Shown piece by piece: positions 1 to 9,754 of a DNA stretch of 64,000 nt; position 1 is the first letter of the stretch; each line of letters starts with the position of its first letter. The stretch comes from Nannocystales bacterium (lineage in GTDB: Bacteria; Myxococcota_A; Polyangia; Nannocystales; Nannocystaceae), in contig JBOEGF010000024.1 of the NCBI GenBank assembly GCA_050633305.1, forward strand, positions 64,001 to 128,000. Reading direction: 5' to 3'. A program made the translations under genes and the position numbers. Under the pieces are notes generated by a model. It was not told the DNA's origin and did not search any database. It worked only from the letters and a program-made list of their open reading frames with translations.

Positions 1-592
1 GCCCCCGTTGAACCGGAAGCGTACGGAGGGCGAATCCGATGTTGGACGAACTTGAAATCTAGAACCGGCCCAACCCGGGTGACAGCTTCGACAGACGCAT
101 GAGGATCAGCGAATCCTTCTAGACGACGATGCCGCGAACCAAGTGACACCACTGCCGAGACCGTCCGCCGACAATGCCTGACACCGAGCCGTGTGACCGG
201 ATGCAGGCGATGGGCAACGCGAGGAATACGGGCGTCAAGCGAAGTGGGTCCCGGGGGGCGACTCCACTTTGAGTCATACAAGGGCGACTGTGTCTACCTC
301 GCCGACCCTCCAGCAGGCGCGAAGAGCGTCCCCGCTCTGGGTGCCGACTGCAACACCCCGGCAAGGGCCCCATGTGCTCTCTCCTTCGCAGTTTCGTCGC
401 CTTCAACCTGCATGACAATGTTGGAGCTTCGCGGACGACCGCCACAGTGGCTTCTACGCCGGAGCGGGGGCGAACCGGGGCGGAAGCCCACGTTGGTTTC
501 TGTCGTCTTGCCGACGCTTCAGGTGCCGTTTGTCGATGTGCCCCCGCTCGCTTGCGCCGACTCCCCAACCCTGAAATCCTGCGGCCGATCCC

Positions 593-2293
593 ATGCGCCG
601 CATCCTTCTTTCCGGTCTGGCCCTCGCTGCGACCGCTTGCCTCACGCCTCCGCCTTCCACCACGCCTGCGGACAGCGCAGCGGCGTCGACGACGGACGAG
701 GCCACTGCGCCCAAGCGCCTGTGGCCTGGGGTTGCGACCAAGGATGCGTACCCGATCGGGCAGACCCGTGCGTTCGAGTTTGTTCAAGCGGACCGACGGA
801 TCGGGCGCTCGTGGGGGCGCTACGTGGGGACGATCGATGGGGCGCCCAACCATCATCGCTTCGAGACCCGCATCGAGCTCGAGCTTCCTGGTCGTGAGCC
901 ACTGCGGTCCGCTGGGGAGTTGATCCTCGACGACAACGGGGCACTTGTCCGTGGGTTCGAGCGCAGCAGCGCGGCGGAGCTGACCTTCGTCCGCGAAGGC
1001 GACACGTTGCGGATCTCGGACGGGAAGACGGAGAACGAGGTCGGCTACGCACCCGAGACTGCGCCGACCGGCGTGATGGCGCACTCGGCAATCCTGCACG
1101 AAGAGCTGCTGCTGAGACTTCGGCCTCTGGACGTCGGCACCTTGGAGCTGCGACTGCTCTCGCTTTCGGGGGGCATCCCCGCGGAGTGGAGCGGCAACAT
1201 TCGCGAGGCGCAGGACACCATCGTGGTCGAGACCAACCTCGGAGAGCGCATCGCCCTGCGCGATGGCTTCATCGAGTCTCTGGTGGTCGGGGCCAGCGAC
1301 CTGCTGATCGCGAGCGTGGAGGAGCCGTGGCCGACGTGGGAGATTTCGGGGCCGGTCCGGCTGACCTACAGTAAGCCTCCGGGGGCGAGCTTCGAGCGGC
1401 GCGAGGTTGAAATCCCCGGCACGGCGGACTCGCCGACGCTCGCGGGTGAGGTCTTGGTCCCACCCGCAGAGGGTGCTCGGCCCGCGGTGCTGTGGGTGGG
1501 GACGACGGGCCGCGAAGACCGCTACGGCTTCGCGGGACCACCACCGGTCGACCTCGGGGCACACGAGATCACGGACGCGCTCGCAGAGGCGGGATTTGTG
1601 GTGCTGCGCTTCGACGAGCGTGGGCGCGGAGCCTCGGAGGCGGGACCGTTGACCTTCGTCGGTCAGGTTGACGACGCCAAGCGAGCGCTCGGCATGCTCC
1701 TGGTCCAACCCGAAGTGGACCCCGATCGCGTGCTGCTGATCGGGCACGGGGAAGGGGGGCTGCGCCAACTCATGCTCGCTGCCAACATGCCGCGTGGCGT
1801 GGTGGGCTTGGGCTTGCTTGCAACACCGGGCCGCCCGTACCGGGAGGTGTTCCTCGAACAGTCCGCGGCCGCGCTGGAAGAGTTGCCTCCAGAGCTTCGA
1901 GCCGGGGCCGCGACGCAGCAGCGCAAGATGGTCGAGGCCGTCGAGCGCGGTACCGAGATCCCGCCCGAGCTCGAACGCGAAGCACAGTGGTTGCGCGAGA
2001 TGTTCACGGTTCGGCCCAGCAAGCTTTTTGCCCGCGTGAAGGCGCCGGTGTTTGTGGGCCAGGGGGACAAGGACTTCGAGATCGACCCCGACAAGGACCC
2101 CATCGCACTGCGTCGTGCGGCCAAGCGGGCCAAGGTTCGGGTCGAAGTTCGTCGCTACCCGGACCTCGACCACCTGTTCAAGGTTGAGCCAGGAGAGTCG
2201 GCACCATCGCGCTACCTGGAGCCTGGCCGACCCGTCGATGTGGCGTTCATCCGAGACCTCGTGGCATGGGCCAAGGCCCGCGTCGAACCGTGA
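593..2293 (+). CDS. Lipoprotein with C-terminal alpha/beta-hydrolase domain; nucleophile motif is GHGEG (no Ser)
   Basis: Lipobox-like ATAC; LRFDERGRGAS, LIGHGEGG, GDKDFEI and DLDHLF motifs typical of esterase-like alpha/beta hydrolases. Confidence 0.8.
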   Translation: MRRILLSGLALAATACLTPPPSTTPADSAAASTTDEATAPKRLWPGVATKDAYPIGQTRAFEFVQADRRIGRSWGRYVGTIDGAPNHHRFETRIELELPGREPLRSAGELILDDNGALVRGFERSSAAELTFVREGDTLRISDGKTENEVGYAPETAPTGVMAHSAILHEELLLRLRPLDVGTLELRLLSLSGGIPAEWSGNIREAQDTIVVETNLGERIALRDGFIESLVVGASDLLIASVEEPWPTWEISGPVRLTYSKPPGASFERREVEIPGTADSPTLAGEVLVPPAEGARPAVLWVGTTGREDRYGFAGPPPVDLGAHEITDALAEAGFVVLRFDERGRGASEAGPLTFVGQVDDAKRALGMLLVQPEVDPDRVLLIGHGEGGLRQLMLAANMPRGVVGLGLLATPGRPYREVFLEQSAAALEELPPELRAGAATQQRKMVEAVERGTEIPPELEREAQWLREMFTVRPSKLFARVKAPVFVGQGDKDFEIDPDKDPIALRRAAKRAKVRVEVRRYPDLDHLFKVEPGESAPSRYLEPGRPVDVAFIRDLVAWAKARVEP

Positions 2294-2329
2294 CTGTCCC
2301 CGCGACAAAACGCTCGGCTGGGCAAGACG

Positions 2330-2369
2330 CAGAGAAGGCGGGCCACGTGTTGTGGACCCGCCTTGTCTG
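2330..2369. terminator. Hairpin between convergent genes, likely bidirectional terminator
   Basis: aaggcggg-ccac...gtgg-a-cccgcctt inverted repeat between stops at 2293 and 2386. Confidence 0.6.
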
Positions 2370-2385
2370 ACACCGGAGGTGCCGC

Positions 2386-3576
2386 TTAGAAGTCGGCCAG
2401 GAACTGCGCGCGCTTGGCCTTGTATTCCTCTTCGGTGAGGAGGTCAGCTTCGAACGCGGCTTTGAGCTTGGTGAGCTTCTCCTCGAGGGAGCCGGGCGCG
2501 GGACCGGCGGCTGGAGCTGCAGCGGCCGGAGCTGCTTGTGGTGGGGGCTGGCCTTGGGGCGGGTAACCCGGCTGGGGGTGATGCCCGTGCTGGGGGTGAT
2601 GCCCGTGTTGGGGATGGTGTCCTTGGGGCGGATAGCCCTGCTGCGGATAGCCTTGCTGCGGGTACCCCTGTTGCGGGTAGCCCTGGTGCGGCATCGCCTG
2701 GCCCATCATGCCAGCCATCATGTTGCCCATACCGACGCCCATGCCCAGGCCCATCCCAGCCTGCATCACGCCAGAGCCCTGACCGGGCTGCTTGGCTGCG
2801 TCACGCATGGCCTGCATGCCTTCCCAAGCCATGGTGTTGTCGACACCGCGGGCCGACTGCGCGGCGGCAGCGTCGAGCGCCTTCTCGATCTCGGCGGGCA
2901 ACGAGATGTTCTCGACGACGAACGAGGTGAGCTGAATGCCCAGGTCTGCGATGTCGGCGTTGATGCCCTCGAGCACGCCCTTTCCGAGCACGTCGTAGTG
3001 CGCGGCCATGTCGGCGACGGACAGCTCGCTCGACGCGGCGGCTTTTGTGAAGCCTTGCAGCAGGCGGCTGCGCACGAAGCCTTCGATGTCGTCGCTGGAC
3101 ATGAAGCCCTGCGTGCCGACGACCTCGTCGAAGAACTTGCGGGGGTCGACGATCTTGAAGTTGTAGCTACCGAACGCCCGAATGCGCACGCGGCCCGGAC
3201 GGTTGCCCACGGCAAACTCGGGGTCGCGGATCAGGACCGGCTTGGGGGTGCCCCACTTCTGGTCGAGGTACTGCTTGAGGTTGATGAAGTAGACCTCGGC
3301 CTTGTAGGGGCTGCTGAAGCCGTACTTCCACCCCTTGAGGCGGGAGAGAACGGGGACGTTCTCGGTCGAGAGCGTATGCGTGCCGGGTCCGAATACGTCG
3401 GCGGCTTTGCCTTCGTTGACAAGAATGGCGGCCTGCCCATTGCGGCAGACGAGCTTGGCGCCGTTCTTGATCTCGTGGTCTTCGTCGGGGAAGCGCCACA
3501 CGAGTGTGTAGTTGGTGTCGTCGAGCCACTCGATGATCTCGATCACCTGGCTCTTGATGAAGCTCATCAGTCCCAT
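2386..3576 (-). CDS. SPFH/Band-7-like domain protein (YdjI type) with Q/G/Y/P/H repeat linker and SHOCT-like C-terminus
   Basis: IIEWLDD..LVWRFP, FGPGTHTLSTENVP, KWGT.KP..IRDPEF, RAFGSY; C-terminal LTKLKAAFEADLLTEEEYKAKRAQFL. Confidence 0.85.
   Translation of the reverse strand: MGLMSFIKSQVIEIIEWLDDTNYTLVWRFPDEDHEIKNGAKLVCRNGQAAILVNEGKAADVFGPGTHTLSTENVPVLSRLKGWKYGFSSPYKAEVYFINLKQYLDQKWGTPKPVLIRDPEFAVGNRPGRVRIRAFGSYNFKIVDPRKFFDEVVGTQGFMSSDDIEGFVRSRLLQGFTKAAASSELSVADMAAHYDVLGKGVLEGINADIADLGIQLTSFVVENISLPAEIEKALDAAAAQSARGVDNTMAWEGMQAMRDAAKQPGQGSGVMQAGMGLGMGVGMGNMMAGMMGQAMPHQGYPQQGYPQQGYPQQGYPPQGHHPQHGHHPQHGHHPQPGYPPQGQPPPQAAPAAAAPAAGPAPGSLEEKLTKLKAAFEADLLTEEEYKAKRAQFLADF
2553..2690 (-). repeat. 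Coding tandem repeats (QGYPQ and GHHPQH units)
   Basis: PHQGYPQQGYPQQGYPQQGYPPQGHHPQHGHHPQHGHHPQPGYPPQG in the translation. Confidence 0.85.
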
Positions 3577-3635
3577 GCGTATTGTTCCTTCTTGGCTGGC
3601 GTGAGGGCGGGGGCGGTACTGGCTAGCACCCGGTG

Positions 3636-4016
3636 CTATTCCAACGACGCGCGCGAGGCTTCTTGTTCGAGGTCACCGAATTCGGCGTTGGAGAGGCCGA
3701 ACGCGTCTGCGATCTCGCCAAGGGCGTGGCGTTCGGGGGAGCTGAACTCGCCGTCGGCCTTGAACATTGCGATGGCGGCCATGATGAACATGCGCCGCTG
3801 AAAGCTCGTTTCGAGGACTTGTGAAGCCTCGTGCATCGAGAAGGCTGAGTCCTCCTTGAGTTCATCGAAGGCCAGGGTGCAGCCCGACTCGGTGATGAAG
3901 TCACGCAGGAGGGCTTCCTCGCGCTGCTCCATTCCGTCGACATTGGCGAGATAGAAGAGGCCGCGCGCGAACAAGTCGGCAGCTTCTGTGGACAGGCCGC
4001 TGTTGGGTTCCGTCAT
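3636..4016 (-). CDS. TerB-like family protein
   Basis: Start MTEPNS at 4016; two helical halves, LANVDG..EE and MFKADGEFSSPERHALGEIADAFGL. Confidence 0.7.
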   Translation of the reverse strand: MTEPNSGLSTEAADLFARGLFYLANVDGMEQREEALLRDFITESGCTLAFDELKEDSAFSMHEASQVLETSFQRRMFIMAAIAMFKADGEFSSPERHALGEIADAFGLSNAEFGDLEQEASRASLE

Positions 4017-4092
4017 CGTCGGGCGTGATGCTACGACGCCACGGACCCCATGGCCATGAACGGTGACCCACCGCACCGACAAAAAAGGGCGC

Positions 4093-4117
4093 AAAAAAGC
4101 CCGCCAAGGAGGCGGGC
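4093..4117 (-). terminator. Rho-independent terminator
   Basis: gcccgcc-aagga-ggcgggc stem next to an A6 tract (U6 on minus strand), downstream of the 4138 stop. Confidence 0.7.
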
Positions 4118-4137
4118 CGACGACGAGCGAGCGAAGG

Positions 4138-4746
4138 CTACAGGGCTGTTGCTTCGACGACGAACTCGCGGTGGAACAGGACCTGGGGCTCCGTCCCGGG
4201 GGCTTGGCCGCCGGCGGCATCGGTTGCGCCCGCGACATCGGTGAGCACGTCGACCTCCCAGTGGCCGGACTGCTCGGGGGCGATGTCGAAACTGGTGCCA
4301 AGCATGAGGGCATCGGTCGAAAGCAGCGTGCCCGGCACCTCGACCACGAAGTCGTCGTGGCGCCAGCGGTACACAACCCGGCGGCTGCTCAGCAGTCCGT
4401 CGGCGCGCACGTGAAGGTAGACGGTGCCCACACCAGCGCTGAACTCCGCGCGGTCTTCGAGCGGCCCCTCGGCCTGAGAGGCGAGGACGGCGGACACGCG
4501 GACCGCCTGGGCGACTTTCTGCGGTTCGGCCGACAAGGAGGCCTGCTGGACTCCGCTGCCCGCGTAGCCCCCGCGGAGCGTTCCGTCCGCCTGGAGCTGA
4601 TCCGCCGTGATCGGCGCGTCGACGCATGCGGCAAGCGCGGTTGCCGCGATGAGCCCGAAGCAGGCGCCGAGTGGGTAGAGAGCGGAGGCTCGCACGCGCC
4701 GCCATACAGCAGGTTCCGTGCCACGGCCCCGAATGCGCTCGATCAC
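4138..4746 (-). CDS. Lipoprotein with DUF2914-like Ig-like domain
   Basis: Lipobox LAAC; VYLHV..VVYRWRH..QSGHWEVDV pattern; start uncertain. Confidence 0.55.
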   Translation of the reverse strand: MIERIRGRGTEPAVWRRVRASALYPLGACFGLIAATALAACVDAPITADQLQADGTLRGGYAGSGVQQASLSAEPQKVAQAVRVSAVLASQAEGPLEDRAEFSAGVGTVYLHVRADGLLSSRRVVYRWRHDDFVVEVPGTLLSTDALMLGTSFDIAPEQSGHWEVDVLTDVAGATDAAGGQAPGTEPQVLFHREFVVEATAL

Positions 4747-4794
4747 CGCGTTACCGCGGGATCTGATCTGTAGAAGACACTAAAAGAGTCGCCA

Positions 4795-7700
4795 ATGATG
4801 TCAAACGTGACTAACACGAACACCGGACTCCGCGCGCTATGCTGCGTGTCCATGCTGTCGTGTCTGCGTCGTGCGCTTGGCGTCTTTTTCTGCGGCGTCT
4901 TACTCGTCGCCGCCTGCAAGAGTACGGACGCCTCGCCGTCGGTCCAAGATTCCCGCGAATCCAACGCGAGCTCGGGTGGGGCGGAAACGCCCGCGCCAGA
5001 TCTCGCGGACCGCGCCTTCCCGCTGCTCGCCTGGGCGGTTCACATGGTGAAGACCGAGTACTTCGACCAGGGCCGCTTCGATGGGCGCGCTCAGCTTGCC
5101 TCGGCGCTCGAGGGGGTCGGAATGCAAACGCCCGAGTTCTTCGCGGAGCTGGGCGGCGACTCGGTCGTCCTTCGGGTTCGCGGGGCCAGTTCAACCTTCA
5201 ACATCGCCGACGTTCGAACGATCGATGACGCTTCACTCGCGCTCGAGGAGATGCTGGTGTTCGCGCAGACCGAGCTCGACCTCGACCCCGAGGCCTTGCA
5301 TGCCCTGGAGTACGCGGCGATCAACGGGCTCCTGGCGCCGCTCGATCCCCACACGATCCTGCTGACGCCGGAGGAGCACGCCGACCTTGGAGAGCGAACG
5401 CGGGGTTCCTTCGGAGGGATCGGGGCAGAGATTCGGGTGGAGAACCGCGCGGTCTTGGTCGTTCGTGTATTGCCCGACATGCCGGCCGAAAAGGCCGGTC
5501 TGCAGGGTGGCGACATCCTGCTGCGTATCGGTGGCCGATCGACGGTCAGCATGAGCGTGACCGAAGCGCAGGAGTTGTTGCGAGGCCCGGTGGGGACGCC
5601 TGTCGAGGTGAAGGTGCGCCGCAAGTCCAAGTCCTTGGATGTGACGATCGAGCGCGCCGTCATCCGCCTCGCCTCGGTCACCGCCACCGCCTTGCCCGGA
5701 GGCGTCAGTCACTTCCGTATCTCGAGCTTTCAAGAGGATACCGCCGAGAAGCTTCGCGAGGCGATCGCTGCGGCGAGTGCTGCCGGGGCGCTCAATGGGA
5801 TCGTGCTCGATCTTCGCGGCAACGGAGGGGGGTTGCTGGTCCAGGCGACGCAGATCGTCGATCTCTTCGTGCCTCGCGGCGAGCTCGTGATCGTGCGAAG
5901 CGTCTACGGTCGGGAGGTCGACGAGGCGACGGATGCGACCGCGGTTTCCGGAGATGTGCCGGTGGTGGTGTTGGTCGACGAGCAGGCGGCGAGTGCGTCC
6001 GAGATCGTCAGCGGAGGGCTTCAGGCCCTGGGGCGCGCCATCATCGTGGGACGTTCGACGTTCGGCAAGGGGTCGGTACAGGTCGTCCGCCCTGCCTCCC
6101 CCTACGGGCGGGAGCTCGCGCTCAAGCTGACGATGGCCGAGTACCTCGTCGCGGGCGACAAGCGCATCCAGGCCCGCGGAGTCGTCCCGGACCTGGAGTT
6201 GCTCCCGGTCGAGCCGACGGGGTTGGACCACGTCGTTCGTTACTACGACGTCGAGCGCTTCGAGCGAGCGCGCGAGCGGGCCCGCATGGCGCACCATCCC
6301 TCGGCCGGACACGAGAACCTCGATGCCGCGGTGCGCGAGCCCGATGCGCGGCTGCGGTACCTGGCGGACCTCGAGTTGCCCGCTGCGTTGAAGAAACAAC
6401 CGGATGTTCCGCCGCTGATGCGTGACCCAGAGGTTCGCATCGCGGCCGAGGTGGCGAGAGCTGTGCCCTCGCGCCTCGATGCGGAAGGACGTCGCACCTC
6501 GGTCGCTCGGCTCGCGGCGTCGTTGGCCGCAAACGAGACGCCCCGCATCGCCGACGCCCTGGGAAAGGCCGGCGTGGCGTGGGGTGCCGAGGGGGCCACC
6601 GACACGCCGCTGGATGCGACCGCTCGCATCGTGACCCCTCTTCCGATCGAGGCCGGCAAGACGTTCGAACTGGAGGTCTCGGTCACGAACCGGTCCTCCG
6701 AGACCGCGCACCGCGTGCATGCGATCACGGACTGCGAGCGGGAGCGACTCGACGGCATTGAGGTGCTCTTTGGGGACATCGAGGCGGGGCAGACCCAGTC
6801 TCGGACGATCGAGCTCCACGTGATGCCGTGGTACGCGGATTTTGTCGGGGACCTCGACGTGCAGGTTCATGTCGGCGAGCCCGACGAGACCCCCGACGCC
6901 ACGTCTCGGGCGATCTTCGAGACGCAAGCGAAGCCTCGCCCCGCGCTGTCGTACGACGCTTGGATCGTGGATGACCCGGCGTTGGTCGCCAAGGCCCCGC
7001 GTCGTCCCGAGTCCGAGCCTGTGCCGGGATTGCCCGAGTTCTCGGTGCAGGGCAACGGCGACGGAATGCTGCAGCCGGGCGAGCGGGTGCTGCTTGCATT
7101 TCGGGCCTACAACCACGGGGATGGCGACAGCCCCGATGTGCGTGCCTTCTTGCGGAACCTCAGCGGCGACCAAGGTCTGCTCGAGGAGGGATTCGTGCAA
7201 CTTGGGGCCATACCGGTCGGAGAGTCCGTCTCGGGCGCCTTCGGAATCTGGGTCAAGCAGAACGCGGACCCGAGTCGGCCGTTCTTGCTCGATCTGACGG
7301 TCGGTGACGTTCAGCTGCGCATGACCGTGTCCGACGCGATGTCGCTGAAGGTGCTGTCGAACTCGGGCGAGCCGGCGACGCTGGAGCGTGCGATTCGGGT
7401 CGACGGTGACGCGCTGCAGCTGCGCCGTGGAGCCCATGCGTCCTCGGCCGTCGCTGCCGACGCGTCCGTATCCACCGTCCTGTCCTTGGAGGGCAAGGTT
7501 GGGTCGTGGCTGTATACGACCGCCCCGGACGAGCCCAGCCGTCGATGGTTCGTCGCCGAAGACCATGGAGGTTTCTCCGACCACGAGTCCGAGTCCGGTG
7601 CGCCCAAGGGGCTGGTGGCCCGTCGTTCGGTCCGTCCGCCCACCCTCGAGGTGAAACCGATCCCACGCCGTACGACGGCCGCCGCGGTCACCCTCGAAGG

Positions 7701-7944
7701 CTTGGCGTCTCATCCGCGGCACCTTCGCGATGTTGTCGTGATGGTGCGTCCGGCCGGTCCGGGGCAAGTCGACAGGAAGGTCGAGTACGTTGCTGCCGGG
7801 CCCCAAGGGACCGCACTCGAGTTTGAGGCTGAGATCCCGCTGCAGCCCGGGGGCAATCGGGTCCTCGTCCTCGCTCGGGGCGATGGGGATGTTCAGAACT
7901 CGACCAAGCTGTGGATCTACCGAGCCGCCGCGGATGGTGGCTGA
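4795..7944 (+). CDS. S41A carboxy-terminal processing protease with PDZ domain and C-terminal Ig-like extensions
   Basis: LDPHT, FGGIGAEI (PDZ), DLRGNGGG, ASASEIV (catalytic Ser), FGKGSVQ (catalytic Lys), GVVPD. Confidence 0.9.
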   Translation: MMSNVTNTNTGLRALCCVSMLSCLRRALGVFFCGVLLVAACKSTDASPSVQDSRESNASSGGAETPAPDLADRAFPLLAWAVHMVKTEYFDQGRFDGRAQLASALEGVGMQTPEFFAELGGDSVVLRVRGASSTFNIADVRTIDDASLALEEMLVFAQTELDLDPEALHALEYAAINGLLAPLDPHTILLTPEEHADLGERTRGSFGGIGAEIRVENRAVLVVRVLPDMPAEKAGLQGGDILLRIGGRSTVSMSVTEAQELLRGPVGTPVEVKVRRKSKSLDVTIERAVIRLASVTATALPGGVSHFRISSFQEDTAEKLREAIAAASAAGALNGIVLDLRGNGGGLLVQATQIVDLFVPRGELVIVRSVYGREVDEATDATAVSGDVPVVVLVDEQAASASEIVSGGLQALGRAIIVGRSTFGKGSVQVVRPASPYGRELALKLTMAEYLVAGDKRIQARGVVPDLELLPVEPTGLDHVVRYYDVERFERARERARMAHHPSAGHENLDAAVREPDARLRYLADLELPAALKKQPDVPPLMRDPEVRIAAEVARAVPSRLDAEGRRTSVARLAASLAANETPRIADALGKAGVAWGAEGATDTPLDATARIVTPLPIEAGKTFELEVSVTNRSSETAHRVHAITDCERERLDGIEVLFGDIEAGQTQSRTIELHVMPWYADFVGDLDVQVHVGEPDETPDATSRAIFETQAKPRPALSYDAWIVDDPALVAKAPRRPESEPVPGLPEFSVQGNGDGMLQPGERVLLAFRAYNHGDGDSPDVRAFLRNLSGDQGLLEEGFVQLGAIPVGESVSGAFGIWVKQNADPSRPFLLDLTVGDVQLRMTVSDAMSLKVLSNSGEPATLERAIRVDGDALQLRRGAHASSAVAADASVSTVLSLEGKVGSWLYTTAPDEPSRRWFVAEDHGGFSDHESESGAPKGLVARRSVRPPTLEVKPIPRRTTAAAVTLEGLASHPRHLRDVVVMVRPAGPGQVDRKVEYVAAGPQGTALEFEAEIPLQPGGNRVLVLARGDGDVQNSTKLWIYRAAADGG

Positions 7945-9701
7945 GTCGGCTCGGGGCCCTGCGCCTCCATCGTGTCGGGGGCCTCTGCGGCGGTCTCGTA
8001 CGCCTCGGCGATGATGCGCTCGAAGGTCGCGGGCGCCGGGGCGATGGGGTCGAGGGCTCGCGCGCGGCCCGAAAGTGTGAGGCGAACCCGCTGCGGGGTG
8101 CCCGGGGCGACCGTCTTCGCGGCGAGGGCCTCGACACGCCATCGGTCGACGCCGCGGTCGTCCAGGGCCTTCCGGATCGCCTCGGTCCGTGCCTGGGCGA
8201 GTCGGCCATCGGCGGCGGCGTCCCGGGTCTTGGGAACGAAGACCGCGAGCTGGAGACGCTCGATCCAAGGGTTGAGGCGGAGCAGCTCCGCGATCTCATC
8301 GAGTTGAGCGCCCATGGTCGGGTCCACGGCTGCGGAGCCTTCGGCGAAGTGCAGGGCGGGCAGGAGCTGGCGCGCCTCAAACGTTTCGAAGGTTTCGCCT
8401 TTGCCGTCTGCCAGCCTCCGGTCAGGGCATCCATCAAGGTCTCGGTAGCCGTTGATGACCTCCGGGGCGGCGGGACACAGGTCTACGACGTCGGGGATCC
8501 CGTCCCGGTCGTCGTCGAGCTCGGGGCAGCCGTCGCCGTCCTGCGTTCCATCCCGATCCTCGGGGACTGTGGGACACAAGTCGGCCCGCGCGAGCACGCC
8601 ATCGCCGTCGGGATCGGCTGGCCTCGGGGGAAGTGTGGCCGGTGGCCTGTCCATCGAGGCCATCAGCGCCCGGTCGTGGTCCCGGGCCAAGGCGGCCGCT
8701 CCGGGCCGCTCGCTGCCTTCGAATGCCGGCTCTGTTCGGACCCGACGGATGGGGGCAAAGGCCGCGCTGAGCCCGACTTGCATGCTCGGCAGTCCGACGG
8801 ATGAGAGGACCGAGCCGCCACCCCACAGTTGCATGACGAGTCCGCCTCGGGTTTGCCAACGAAAGCCTCCGCGTAGAGCGACGGGGCTGTCCGCGCCCTG
8901 AACCATCGAGGCTTGGCCATCCAACTCCGCGAACAAGGCGAAGGCGTCGCGGGGGGCGACGGGCACCCGAACGGCGAGCCGAACCGGGAGCGCATCCCCA
9001 CCCAGCACGTCGCCGTAGTTGACCTCCGGCCGTATCGAGTAGCCGACGTTCGTTGCGACTGCGACGCCACGTCGCCCACGGTACTCGGCGAGGAGGCTGG
9101 GCGTGTACGTGCCACCACCGTAGGTCGTCAGCGCATCCTCGCGGCCCGAGGGGACCGTCGCGTCGAAGCCGATCCCCAGTCCGAACCCGCGCCGAGGCGT
9201 TCGCAGAAAGGTGCCTCGGGCGCCGAGCCGGATGTCGCCGACCGCTGCGCCCGGAAGCGCCACGATGCCGCCGCCATCCACCGTCGCCCCGCGTTGGTGC
9301 AAGACCATCGGGAGGTCCATCTCCAGCTGCGCCCAGTCTGCAATCCCGAACGCGAGCAGGAGATCTGTCTGCAGCCGGGCGTCGACGCTCGGGCCCGCTT
9401 CGACGGGCTCGAAGCTGCGCAGGTACGTGGTCGCAACCCCGGCGGAGGGGGTCCAGGCGGGCAGGACCTGACTCGAGTCCGTCGCGAGGTGGCCGTTGAC
9501 GCTCGCGCTGTGTCGGACGGTGTCTCCGGGAGCCGCGTGCGCGGGCGCTGCCCAGCCTGCGCTGAGCGCTGCGGCGACGACGAGCACTGCGACACGAGGG
9601 AGACCCACGAGCGGTGCATCGGGCGTGCTGCGTACCGCTTGAGGGTCGCCCACGGACCCGGCCGGGGACGGTCCAGAGCGGGAAATGCGCGGCCCGGTCA
9701 C
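7917..9701 (-). CDS. Outer-membrane protein: beta-barrel + thrombospondin type-3 repeats + degenerate OmpA-like domain
   Basis: Signal peptide ..AHA; DPDGDGV..DLCP..EDRDG..DGDGCPE..DDDRDGIPD..DLCP repeats; OmpA-like C-terminus LHFAEGSA..RLAQARTEAIR. Confidence 0.8.
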   Translation of the reverse strand: MTGPRISRSGPSPAGSVGDPQAVRSTPDAPLVGLPRVAVLVVAAALSAGWAAPAHAAPGDTVRHSASVNGHLATDSSQVLPAWTPSAGVATTYLRSFEPVEAGPSVDARLQTDLLLAFGIADWAQLEMDLPMVLHQRGATVDGGGIVALPGAAVGDIRLGARGTFLRTPRRGFGLGIGFDATVPSGREDALTTYGGGTYTPSLLAEYRGRRGVAVATNVGYSIRPEVNYGDVLGGDALPVRLAVRVPVAPRDAFALFAELDGQASMVQGADSPVALRGGFRWQTRGGLVMQLWGGGSVLSSVGLPSMQVGLSAAFAPIRRVRTEPAFEGSERPGAAALARDHDRALMASMDRPPATLPPRPADPDGDGVLARADLCPTVPEDRDGTQDGDGCPELDDDRDGIPDVVDLCPAAPEVINGYRDLDGCPDRRLADGKGETFETFEARQLLPALHFAEGSAAVDPTMGAQLDEIAELLRLNPWIERLQLAVFVPKTRDAAADGRLAQARTEAIRKALDDRGVDRWRVEALAAKTVAPGTPQRVRLTLSGRARALDPIAPAPATFERIIAEAYETAAEAPDTMEAQGPEPTQPPSAAAR

Positions 9702-9754
9702 GGTCGGTGGGAACCTTTGGCGAGCAGGACGGTCTGTGGTCGTGCAAGATCCCG

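Noticed and set aside
1..592. Possible ncRNA or small gene in the unannotated first 590 bp
   Set aside because: No tRNA, 6S, RNase P, tmRNA or riboswitch signature recognised and no convincing ORF; an Rfam search would be needed.
3636..4016. TerB-like genes (here and 63012-63602) as a ter/anti-phage system
   Set aside because: Isolated single genes about 59 kb apart with no other ter or defence genes nearby.
5233..8268. Long antisense ORFs (1011 aa here; also 119-2308, 27713-29911, 42824-44965, 59146-60624)
   Set aside because: Shadow ORFs opposite well-supported genes, expected in high-GC DNA, with no recognisable motifs.
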